A stretch of DNA of 64,000 nucleotides. Source: Bacteroidales bacterium. Its GTDB lineage: Bacteria; Bacteroidota; Bacteroidia; Bacteroidales; UBA12077. The position numbers were made by a program, and so were the translations under genes. Under the pieces are notes generated by a model that had not been told where the DNA came from, did not search any database, and saw only the letters and a program-made list of their open reading frames with translations. This document shows, piece after piece, positions 18,358 to 27,218 of the stretch. The stretch's first letter is position 1. Each line of letters starts with the position of its first letter. The stretch lies in contig JAQIBH010000040.1 in the NCBI GenBank assembly GCA_027859205.1, positions 1,825 through 65,824 of the forward strand, in the 5' to 3' direction.

Positions 18358-18795
18358 ATGAATAAACTAACTAAATACGCCCAACACTTCGTTAAACTCG
18401 AATTAATGAAAGCTCGCTTAGAGGTTTTTCAAAATGAAAGTGCAAATAATGGAGTTGAATTTATTGTAAAGACAAACTCGGGGAAATATCATGAGTTGTT
18501 TTTACAAACTATTAATTTAGAAAAGGATAGGAGCGTTAAAATTATTAAACAAGAAATAGGGGAGCCCAAAGACACACTTTGGGTTGCATTAGTACTATTC
18601 ATGAAGTAAATGGAGCCTGTTTTATATTTAATTCCATCTAAAACACTTGCAAAACCAGACGATTATATTTTCATCGAAAATGATCAAAGTGATAGGTTCA
18701 AACACTTGTCTAATTGGGAGATAAAAGTGTTTACTAAAGCAATACCACAACTAAGCAAATACGCATTTGCTAATATGATTAAAGAAATTTCATAG
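18358..18795 (+). pseudogene. Small hypothetical gene split by an in-frame TAA (83 + 61 codons, same frame)
   Basis: ORFs 18358..18609 and 18610..18795 are in the same frame and separated only by the TAA at 18607-18609 (...VALVLFMK*MEPVLYLIPS...). Confidence 0.45.
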
Positions 18796-18824
18796 AAATA
18801 CTTGCTTAAATCAAGGTCAAAATA

Positions 18825-19754
18825 ACATTATGTTAAATAGAAAGCTAACTCAAGGCTTTTTCTGGCATCTTAATAATTTTGTCTTAAAACAAGGAGTGGC
18901 TTACGAGTGATTGGTCTGGTAAGCATTGCACGAGTTTTAGGATTCATAATTAACCATAAAACGCTATATTTCAGCTAAAACGGCTTGTAATGTGTGGAGT
19001 AAGCTATTCTGTAGTTTTAGAGAAATTAGTGAGCAGCCTTGATTTTTTTGGTTCTTTTTGTATTAAGACAAAAAGAATAATAGAACGGTGGTCGGAAAAC
19101 ATGTGTTAAGAAACCATTTGAATTATATAGATCCCGAATAACATCGTATTGGGATTAATCCATGCAAATTCGTTTGTGACTAAAAATTCCAAACAAATGG
19201 TTTCATTAACTTATGTTGAGCGTATGCAAAGAATTTTTATTGCGCGTTGGAAAAAAAAGAAATAAATTATTGAACGCGTTTGTAAAGCGTCGGGCAACGA
19301 CGAAGTCCTCATGAACACCATTTTTTATAATTAATCCGTGAGTAATTGTTTTTGAAAATTTGTTTTGTATAATATTCTTCAAAAGAAATTGTAAAACAAT
19401 TTTGGGCTTAGCCGAAGCGGCTATTTAAAATAATGACTAATTATAGGACTAAGCTTAGGAAGTTAATTAATAGTACAAATAAGTCCCTTAGAATCGCATA
19501 TTAGAACCATTTCTGTATAATTACCCGAATAAAGTAAACTCGAAGCACACTATTTACCCGTAGGGCGAAGTGTAAACGGAGACATAGTATTAATTATAGT
19601 TGACAAATAAGGATCAGGGTTGGCGCAAATTGTGTTAACATAAAATAAAACGATCACGAACAGATAAACTGTCCGAGATCTTATTTTATATTAAATACTG
19701 CGTATATACAATTTGCTGGGATTTGTCCTATAATTTATATTATGTTAAATAGGA
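18825..19754 (+). repeat. Non-coding scaffold copy R6 (~0.93 kb, 'empty' version lacking most hairpin inserts)
   Basis: Collinear with 9210-10660. It starts ACATTATGTTAAATAGAAAG and ends ATTATGTTAAATAGGA, so it is bounded by a TTATGTTAAATAG direct repeat. Confidence 0.9.
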
Positions 19755-19765
19755 TATTTAAATAT

Positions 19766-19794
19766 ATAGGGAGATAAATTAATTACCTCCCTAT
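19766..19794 (-). terminator. Terminator-like hairpin downstream of the TPR gene
   Basis: ATAGGGAG / CTCCCTAT 8-bp stem with a 13-nt loop, 12 nt past the stop codon, followed on the minus strand by a T/A-rich run. Confidence 0.45.
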
Positions 19795-19806
19795 TTGAAT
19801 ATAATA

Positions 19807-20976
19807 TTATTCCATTTTTTTACTTATCTCTTCATACTTTTCGGTCATTCCTAAACGATAATATAAAGTTTTTAGTGTTGACATTATACCAATATCTTCT
19901 GGTGTTAATTTATACGCGTATTCAATATATGGTAAAGCTTCCAAAAATTTAGCATCAGCTTTTTCTTTAGCAACCTGATATTCTGTATTATCAGAAATTG
20001 CATTAGCTTCATCACTTAGCTCAACGGCTTCGTTAAAATAAATAACACCTAAGTTATATTGTGCATCAAATAACTCAGGATCTATTTCAATAGCTTGCTT
20101 ATATTTTTCTTTTGCTTTATCCAACTCCCCTATTTTATTATATAGATGTGCTTCAGCCGAGAAATATTGTGGATTATCTGGGTCTTTTTCTTTTGCTAAA
20201 TTAATATATTCAAAAGCACCTTCAGTGTTTTCATCTTCTAAAAGGTAATAATTAATTATTCCACCAATTACATCAAAATTACCAGGATATTTTTCAAAAC
20301 CAGCTTTTAATAGTTTTAAATAGTTTTCCTTGTCTCCTTTAGCTTTATAACATCCGGCATATAATAAATATGTATCACCTGCGCCATACTCGTATTCAAT
20401 TAATTTTTCATAATATTTTAGTGCTTCATCATATTTCTCAACTCTTTGTGCTGCAATTGCTGTGTTAAAGAGAATTGCGGTATCAATTTCACCACCAAAA
20501 ACTGACATTTCTTTAAGCTCAACGCTTTTAGCAAAATACAAAAATGAATTTTCGTAATCGTTTTCATTATACGTATCAATCGCTTTTTGAATGAAGTTAT
20601 TTGCTAGTGTTATTAATTTAATATCTATGGCATTTTTATATGCTCCACCACCATCCATATTATAAGCTTTTTTATAATTATCAAAAGCTTTTATCAATGG
20701 ATTTTCGCAAATATTTTGAAATTCGGGATTTTCACTACTTGAAATTGCGTTATAAACTAATGCTTTTACATAATATGTTTTAGCCCAATCCTTAGTTTTT
20801 TCCTGTGTTTCGGCAAATTCAGTAGCTTTTAAAGCAGTATCAAGTTTTTCTCCGCTTTCTGCCCAAATTTGAGCTTTTCTTACATGTTTCTTTTGCGCCT
20901 GTACATGGTTGTTTAACATCAGTGTTAACACAAAAACAACAGATATAGTTGTTACTATAAATCTTTTCATTTTCAT
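19807..20976 (-). CDS. Secreted tetratricopeptide-repeat (TPR) protein
   Basis: N-terminal signal peptide (MKMKRFIVTTISVVFVLTLMLNNHVQA) and repeated A/Y/L-patterned 34-aa units (YFSAEAHLYNKIGELDKAKEKYKQAIEIDP...). Confidence 0.8.
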   Translation of the reverse strand: MKMKRFIVTTISVVFVLTLMLNNHVQAQKKHVRKAQIWAESGEKLDTALKATEFAETQEKTKDWAKTYYVKALVYNAISSSENPEFQNICENPLIKAFDNYKKAYNMDGGGAYKNAIDIKLITLANNFIQKAIDTYNENDYENSFLYFAKSVELKEMSVFGGEIDTAILFNTAIAAQRVEKYDEALKYYEKLIEYEYGAGDTYLLYAGCYKAKGDKENYLKLLKAGFEKYPGNFDVIGGIINYYLLEDENTEGAFEYINLAKEKDPDNPQYFSAEAHLYNKIGELDKAKEKYKQAIEIDPELFDAQYNLGVIYFNEAVELSDEANAISDNTEYQVAKEKADAKFLEALPYIEYAYKLTPEDIGIMSTLKTLYYRLGMTEKYEEISKKME

Positions 20977-21063
20977 AATAAATTGCTATTTAGGTTTTTA
21001 ATTAATTTTTTTCAAAAATAAACTATATTTAATTTAAGTCAAATTTTAAGCCAAATATTTAAC

Positions 21064-23607
21064 CTATTCTTTAACATCTTTATTTGGCTCCGAACTTTCT
21101 TTATTTTCAATATTACTATCAATTGGTTCATTTTCTACAATACTATCAATAACCGGAACCTCATCTTCGACTTTAGTAACCTGTGTTACAGCTGCAATAG
21201 TGTCGTCATTACGCAAGTTTATTAAACGAACACCCTGCGTTGCACGACCTGTAACTCTTAAGTTAGCAACACCGAGTCTAATAGTAATACCGGATCTATT
21301 AATAATCATTAAATCCATATCATCATTAACACCCTTTATAGCTATTACTTTCCCTGTTTTTTCGGTAATGTTAAGAGTTTTTACTCCTTTTCCACCTCTG
21401 TTAGTAATCCTATAATCCTCTATATCTGAGCGTTTACCATATCCTTTTTCCGAAACCACAAGAACTTCCTTATCCGATTGCTCAACCCATACCATTCCAA
21501 TAACTTCATCGTCGGGTTTGCTTAATCTTATACCTCTCACTCCTGCTCCAGTTCTTCCAATAGTTCTAACTTTTTGTTCATTAAAACGTATTGCTTTTCC
21601 TTCTCGAGTAGCTAAAACAATATCACTTTTTCCATCAGTTAATTTAACTTCGAGTAACATATCTCCGTCCTTAATGGTAATTGCATTCACACCATTTTGT
21701 CTTGGTCTGGAATATGCTTCAAGTTTTGTTTTCTTTATTATGCCCTTCTTAGTACTCATAACGATAAAGTTATTCTCTATATATTCTTTATCGTCAAGAT
21801 TTTTAACATTAATAAAAGCTTTTACATTATCTTCAGCTGATATATTTACAACATTTTGTATTGCTCTTCCTTTTGTAATTTTTGAACCTTCAGGTATTTG
21901 ATAAACCTTCAGCCAGAAACATTTTCCTTGCTCGGTAAAAAATAACATTGTATTATGCATCGAAGCAATAAACATGTATTCAAGAAAATCTTCATCACGA
22001 GTAGTACTTCCTTTTGATCCTACTCCACCTCTGTGTTGTGTTCTAAACTCAGTTACTGGTGTACGTTTAATGTAACCCATATGCGAAATGGTAACAACCA
22101 TATCTTCATCAGCATAAAAATCTTCCGGATTAAATTCGCCTTCGTCAGGAATGATATCTGATCTGCGTTCATCTCCAAAAGCTTCTCTAACCTCAATCAA
22201 TTCATCTTTAATAATAGTCATTCGAAGCGATTCATCATCCAAAACTGAACGTAAATATTCAATTAATTTCTTTAGTTCAGCATACTCCTCTTTAATCTTT
22301 TCTCTCTCTAAACCAGTAAGTTTCTGCAATCTCATATCAAGTATTGCTTTAGCTTGTAATTCGGAAAGATTAAATGTACTCATTAATCCTTCTTTCGCTT
22401 CTTCCGGAGTTTTAGAAGCACGAATTAAAGCAATAACTTCATCTAAATGATCAAGTGCAATTAATAAGCCTTCTAAAATATGTGCTTTCTTTTCTGCCTG
22501 CTTTAATTCAAACTGTGTTCTACGAACAACTACGTCATGTCTGTGTGCTACAAATTTCTCAATCATAGTCTTAAGGTTTAACACCTTAGGACGACCATTT
22601 ACAAGTGCAATATTATTTACACTGAATGAAGTTTGTAGTTGTGTATATTTAAAAAGTTTATTCAATACAACATTAGCGATAGCATCTTTACGAATTTCAT
22701 AAACAATACGCATACCTGTTCTATCCGACTCATCATTTAGATTGGAAATGCCTTCTATCTTCTTATCGTTAACTAGTTCAGCAGTTTTTTTAATCATTTC
22801 TGCTTTGTTAACCATATACGGTATTTCGGTAACAATAATTCTTTCTCTTCCGTTTGCTTCAGTTTCAATTTCAGTTTTTGATCGAACCATTATTCGCCCT
22901 CGACCTGTCTCAAATGCGTCTTTTACGCCTTGATAACCATATATTATACCCCCGGTTGGAAAATCAGGAGCTTTTATATATTCCATTAACTCAGAGATTT
23001 CAATGTCATTGTTATCAATGTATGCAATTGTTCCATTGATAATCTCGGTTAAATTGTGAGGTGGCATATTAGTAGCCATACCAACAGCAATTCCAGAAGC
23101 ACCATTTACCAATAAATTTGGTATTCGAGTAGGCAATACAGTAGGTTCTTGAAGCGAATCATCAAAATTTAATTGAAAATCTACTGTATTTTTATCAATA
23201 TCCCGAAGTACTTCTTCAGAAATCTTTTTTAAACGTGCCTCTGTATAACGCATTGCAGCAGCGCTGTCACCATCAACGGACCCAAAGTTACCCTGACCAT
23301 CAACTAAAGGATAACGTAAAGACCAGGGTTGTGCCATCCTTACCATAGCTTCATATACAGACGAATCACCATGAGGATGATATTTTCCTAACACCTCTCC
23401 TACAATTCTTGCAGATTTTTTATAAGATCTATTCGATGCTAATCCCAAATCAGACATTCCAAATAGAACTCTTCTATGCACAGGTTTTAAACCATCTCTT
23501 ACATCAGGTAGTGCCCTTGAAACAATAACAGACATTGAATAATCAATGTATGCCGATTTCATTTCTTCTTCAATATTAATCTTAACTATTCGTTCTCCTT
23601 CAGCCAT
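21064..23607 (-). CDS. gyrA: DNA gyrase subunit A
   Basis: [30 protein letters not shown] (QRDR region), [10 protein letters not shown], and C-terminal beta-pinwheel repeats. Confidence 0.97.
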   Translation of the reverse strand: MAEGERIVKINIEEEMKSAYIDYSMSVIVSRALPDVRDGLKPVHRRVLFGMSDLGLASNRSYKKSARIVGEVLGKYHPHGDSSVYEAMVRMAQPWSLRYPLVDGQGNFGSVDGDSAAAMRYTEARLKKISEEVLRDIDKNTVDFQLNFDDSLQEPTVLPTRIPNLLVNGASGIAVGMATNMPPHNLTEIINGTIAYIDNNDIEISELMEYIKAPDFPTGGIIYGYQGVKDAFETGRGRIMVRSKTEIETEANGRERIIVTEIPYMVNKAEMIKKTAELVNDKKIEGISNLNDESDRTGMRIVYEIRKDAIANVVLNKLFKYTQLQTSFSVNNIALVNGRPKVLNLKTMIEKFVAHRHDVVVRRTQFELKQAEKKAHILEGLLIALDHLDEVIALIRASKTPEEAKEGLMSTFNLSELQAKAILDMRLQKLTGLEREKIKEEYAELKKLIEYLRSVLDDESLRMTIIKDELIEVREAFGDERRSDIIPDEGEFNPEDFYADEDMVVTISHMGYIKRTPVTEFRTQHRGGVGSKGSTTRDEDFLEYMFIASMHNTMLFFTEQGKCFWLKVYQIPEGSKITKGRAIQNVVNISAEDNVKAFINVKNLDDKEYIENNFIVMSTKKGIIKKTKLEAYSRPRQNGVNAITIKDGDMLLEVKLTDGKSDIVLATREGKAIRFNEQKVRTIGRTGAGVRGIRLSKPDDEVIGMVWVEQSDKEVLVVSEKGYGKRSDIEDYRITNRGGKGVKTLNITEKTGKVIAIKGVNDDMDLMIINRSGITIRLGVANLRVTGRATQGVRLINLRNDDTIAAVTQVTKVEDEVPVIDSIVENEPIDSNIENKESSEPNKDVKE

Positions 23608-23958
23608 ATATAAAGGTATTAATTTGTTTTATTTATCAAATTTAAAAATTCATACAAAAGTACTAAATTAGCCTTTTTAAACCGAATATTTTAGCGTAAT
23701 AATTTCTACTTTTCAACATAAAACTGTTCATAAACAAAGCTAATTATTTAAGATAATTTTTTAGCATTTTTTACGAGCTGAACAAGTTGATTATTAAATT
23801 GTTTTATAAACTATTGTAAACGTTTGAAAAATATTTTAACTTGCATTTGTATTATATATCAAAGAAACTGGTTTATTTATTTTATTTTTAAATACCATTA
23901 AGTTAATTTTGTAAGGATTAATATCAAGTATAAGTAGTTAAAAATTATTATTATAAAA

Positions 23959-26514
23959 ATGGACGCAAAATTTTCACAAAGAATAAAAGATGTTTTAAGT
24001 TATAGTAAAGAAGAGGCTGTACGCCTTGGTAATGCTTATATGGGAACGGAGCATTTACTTTTGGGTATTTTAAGAGAAGGTGAAGGTATGGCTATTACTA
24101 TATTGGAAAACTTAAATATCAATCTGAACCAACTCAAAAAATCAATTGAATTTAGGATAAGATCAGAAGAAAACTTTAAAATTGCTGATACTGATAATAT
24201 TCCTTTATTTAAAACTGCAGAAAGAGCATTAAAATTAGTTTATCTTGAAGCAAAATCATTCAATAGTTCAACTATTAATACTGGTCATTTATTATTGTCG
24301 ATATTAAAAGATGAGAATAGTATTGTGACTCAGATCCTTGAAGAGCAACATGTAGATTATCAAAACGTAAGAACTGAAATGGAAAGCAATCAAACAGAAG
24401 CAAAAGCTGATTTTGAAGACGAAGAAAACGAAATGCCTTTTGGAACTGGCAAAGGAAGTGGTGGATTTTCTGGAGGATCAGCACAGCAAAGTCAAAAAAT
24501 TAAATCTGAAACTCCGGTATTGGATAATTTCGGAATAGATTTAACAAAAGCAGCTGAGGACAATGCTCTTGATCCTATCGTAGGACGAGAATTAGAGATA
24601 GAACGATTAGCTCAAATATTAAGTCGTAGAAAGAAGAATAACCCTGTTTTAATTGGTGAGCCCGGAGTTGGTAAATCTGCTATTGTTGAAGGTTTAGCTC
24701 TTCGCATTATCCAAAGAAAAGTATCAAGAGTGCTTTTCGATAAAAGGGTTGTTACTCTTGATTTAGCGTCTATTGTTGCTGGTACTAAGTATCGTGGGCA
24801 GTTTGAGGAAAGAATGAAAGCAATTTTAAATGAGCTAGGAAAATCAACAAATATTATTTTATTTATTGATGAGATTCACACTATTGTTGGTGCGGGTGGT
24901 GCAACAGGTTCTTTAGATGCAGCAAATATGCTAAAACCATCACTTGCACGAGGCGAAATTCAATGTATTGGAGCTACTACTCTTGATGAATATCGACAAC
25001 ATATTGAAAAAGATGGAGCTTTAGAAAGACGATTCCAGAAAATCATGGTAGATCCTACAAGTGAGGAGGAAACAATAGAGATATTACATAATATAAAAAG
25101 CAGGTACGAAGAACATCATAATGTAAATTATACTGATGATGCTATTGAAGCTTGTGTAAAATTAACAACACGTTATATTAGCGATCGACACTTACCAGAT
25201 AAAGCTATTGATGCTTTAGATGAATCAGGATCAAGAGTACATATTTCAAATATAGTAGTTCCAAATAAAATAATTGAAATTGAAGAGCAAATTGAAACTG
25301 TTCGTAAAGAAAAAGTGTCGGCTGTAAAAAATCAAAATTTTGAGTTAGCTGCTAATTTTAGAGATGGCGAAAAGAAATTAATGGATGCTCTGGAAAAGGA
25401 AAAAGAAACCTGGGAAAGTGATCTAGAAAAAAACCGAGAAACAGTATCAGAAGAGGAAGTAGCTGAAGTTGTAGCAATGATGACAGGTGTTCCTGTTCAA
25501 CGTATTGCACAAGCCGAAGGTAGTCGTTTAATGAAAATGGGCGATGAACTTAAAAAGTATGTAATAGGTCAAGATGAAGCTATTGTAAAAATAGTTAAAT
25601 CGATTCAACGAAATCGTGCAGGGTTGAAAGATCCTAATAAACCGATTGGCTCATTTATCTTCTTAGGTCCTACCGGAGTTGGAAAAACTCAATTGGCAAA
25701 AATTCTAGCGCTTTATTTGTTTGATAATATTGATAATCTTATCAGAATGGATATGAGTGAGTATATGGAAAAATTCTCAGTATCGCGATTAGTTGGAGCT
25801 CCTCCAGGATATATTGGTTATGAAGAAGGTGGTCAGTTAACAGAAAAAGTTAGAAGAAAACCTTATTCTGTAATTTTACTGGACGAAATTGAAAAAGCAC
25901 ATCCTGATGTGTTTCATTTACTCCTACAAGTTTTAGATGAAGGTCAATTGACAGACAGTTTAGGACGTAGAGTCGATTTTAGAAATACAATTATCATAAT
26001 GACTTCGAATATAGGAAGTAGACAATTAAAAGATTTTGGACAAGGGGTTGGATTTTCAACACGTGCAAAACAGGAATCTTCAAGCCAACATGTTAAAAGT
26101 GTTATACAAAATGCTCTTAAGCGCTCTTTTGCTCCAGAATTTATTAATCGATTAGATGATATCGTAATATTTAATTCATTAAACAAAGATCATATCTATA
26201 AGATTATTGATATTGAACTTAAAGGTCTGTATAGTAGAGTTAATGCACTAGGTTATGGTGTTGAATTAACAGATGTAGCTAAAGATTATGTTACAGAAAA
26301 AGGATTTGATCCTGATTTTGGAGCAAGACCACTTAAGAGGGCAATTCAAAAATATTTGGAAGACCCTATGGCTGAAGCAATTATTAAAACTACACTAAAA
26401 GAAGGTGATATTCTTTTGGTAGATTATGACAAAGTGAAAGATGAAATCACAATTAAAACGAAAAAGAAAAAGTCTATTCAGTCTGCAAGCGAAAAGAAAG
26501 AATTGAAGGAATAA
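23959..26514 (+). CDS. clpC: ATP-dependent Clp protease ATP-binding subunit (ClpC-type Hsp100)
   Basis: Double Clp_N repeat; two AAA+ modules (GEPGVGKSA, GPTGVGKTQ); a short middle domain with a UVR-like stretch (NQNFELAANFRDGEKKL); signature SRYISDRHLPDKAIDALDE. Confidence 0.9.
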   Translation: MDAKFSQRIKDVLSYSKEEAVRLGNAYMGTEHLLLGILREGEGMAITILENLNINLNQLKKSIEFRIRSEENFKIADTDNIPLFKTAERALKLVYLEAKSFNSSTINTGHLLLSILKDENSIVTQILEEQHVDYQNVRTEMESNQTEAKADFEDEENEMPFGTGKGSGGFSGGSAQQSQKIKSETPVLDNFGIDLTKAAEDNALDPIVGRELEIERLAQILSRRKKNNPVLIGEPGVGKSAIVEGLALRIIQRKVSRVLFDKRVVTLDLASIVAGTKYRGQFEERMKAILNELGKSTNIILFIDEIHTIVGAGGATGSLDAANMLKPSLARGEIQCIGATTLDEYRQHIEKDGALERRFQKIMVDPTSEEETIEILHNIKSRYEEHHNVNYTDDAIEACVKLTTRYISDRHLPDKAIDALDESGSRVHISNIVVPNKIIEIEEQIETVRKEKVSAVKNQNFELAANFRDGEKKLMDALEKEKETWESDLEKNRETVSEEEVAEVVAMMTGVPVQRIAQAEGSRLMKMGDELKKYVIGQDEAIVKIVKSIQRNRAGLKDPNKPIGSFIFLGPTGVGKTQLAKILALYLFDNIDNLIRMDMSEYMEKFSVSRLVGAPPGYIGYEEGGQLTEKVRRKPYSVILLDEIEKAHPDVFHLLLQVLDEGQLTDSLGRRVDFRNTIIIMTSNIGSRQLKDFGQGVGFSTRAKQESSSQHVKSVIQNALKRSFAPEFINRLDDIVIFNSLNKDHIYKIIDIELKGLYSRVNALGYGVELTDVAKDYVTEKGFDPDFGARPLKRAIQKYLEDPMAEAIIKTTLKEGDILLVDYDKVKDEITIKTKKKKSIQSASEKKELKE

Positions 26515-26534
26515 TATCTAATAATATTAAACAA

Positions 26535-26569
26535 AACCTTACTTAATATGTTACAAGTAAGGTTTTTTT
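26535..26569 (+). terminator. Rho-independent terminator candidate after clpC
   Basis: AACCTTACTT / AAGTAAGGTT 10-bp stem followed by a T run. Confidence 0.6.
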
Positions 26570-26593
26570 ATGTAAAAATTAAACACATTTAAT

Positions 26594-27109
26594 ATGGAAA
26601 AGAATAATTCAAAAATAACTTCAAAAGGAAATCCTTTAACGCTGATTGGTCCTGAAACTAAGCTTAACGATAAAGCTGTAGATTTTACTGTTTCAAATAA
26701 TAGTTTTGGAGAAGTTAAATTATCTGATTTTGAAGGAAAAGTGAAAATACTTTCATTATTTCCATCAATTGATACAGGCGTTTGCTCTAAACAAGCACAT
26801 ACTTTTAATAAGGAAGCTGCTAACTTAAGCGATAATGTTGTAATACTGGCAATATCTAACGATTTACCATTTGCTCTTAATCGCTTTTGTGGTGCAGAAG
26901 GAATTGATAATATAATCACTTTATCTGATCACAAAAACCTTGATTTTTCAGCTAAATATGGTTTTTTAATCGAAGAATTGCGATTATTAGCCAGAGGAGT
27001 TATCGTAATTGATAAAAACAATATTGTAAAATACGTACAATATGTTCCCGAAATTACGAACGAACCCGATTATCAGAGTGCTTTGTCGGTTGCAAAGGAG
27101 CTAATATAA
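26594..27109 (+). CDS. tpx: Thiol peroxidase (atypical 2-Cys peroxiredoxin)
   Basis: FPSIDTGVCSKQ peroxidatic-Cys context, ISNDLPFALNRFCGAEG resolving-Cys context, ~170 aa. Confidence 0.9.
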   Translation: MEKNNSKITSKGNPLTLIGPETKLNDKAVDFTVSNNSFGEVKLSDFEGKVKILSLFPSIDTGVCSKQAHTFNKEAANLSDNVVILAISNDLPFALNRFCGAEGIDNIITLSDHKNLDFSAKYGFLIEELRLLARGVIVIDKNNIVKYVQYVPEITNEPDYQSALSVAKELI

Positions 27110-27124
27110 TTTATTGTATAAAAA

Positions 27125-27195
27125 AGTTGTCTATACTTCGATAAACTCAGTATGACAACTTTTTTTATGTCACACTGAGCTTGTCGAAGTGTTTT
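27125..27195. terminator. Bidirectional terminator region made of two inverted REP-like units
   Basis: AGTTGTC...GACAACT stem plus a T7 run, enclosing CTTCGATAAACTCAGTATGAC. The inverted unit GTCACACTGAGCTTGTCGAAG follows immediately. It lies between convergent tpx and rimO. Confidence 0.55.
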
Positions 27196-27218
27196 TAAAA
27201 ATTATCTTTGAAATCTTT

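Noticed and set aside
627-19806. Integron / attC cassette array interpretation of the island
   Set aside because: There is no intI-like tyrosine recombinase ORF, gene orientations are mixed, the inter-cassette sequences are hundreds of nt long, and I could not find paired R''/R' (GTTRRRY-type) cores. The repeated-scaffold observation is kept, but not the integron label.
21200-23039. Antisense ORFs inside gyrA (21200..21415, 21518..21901, 22151..22450, 22742..22933, 22854..23039). Similar antisense ORFs occur inside the B12-rSAM gene, clpC, tpx, rimO, ftsY, cinA and other genes.
   Set aside because: They overlap long, motif-rich genes on the opposite strand, have low-complexity Ser/Leu/Ile-rich translations, and show no independent support.
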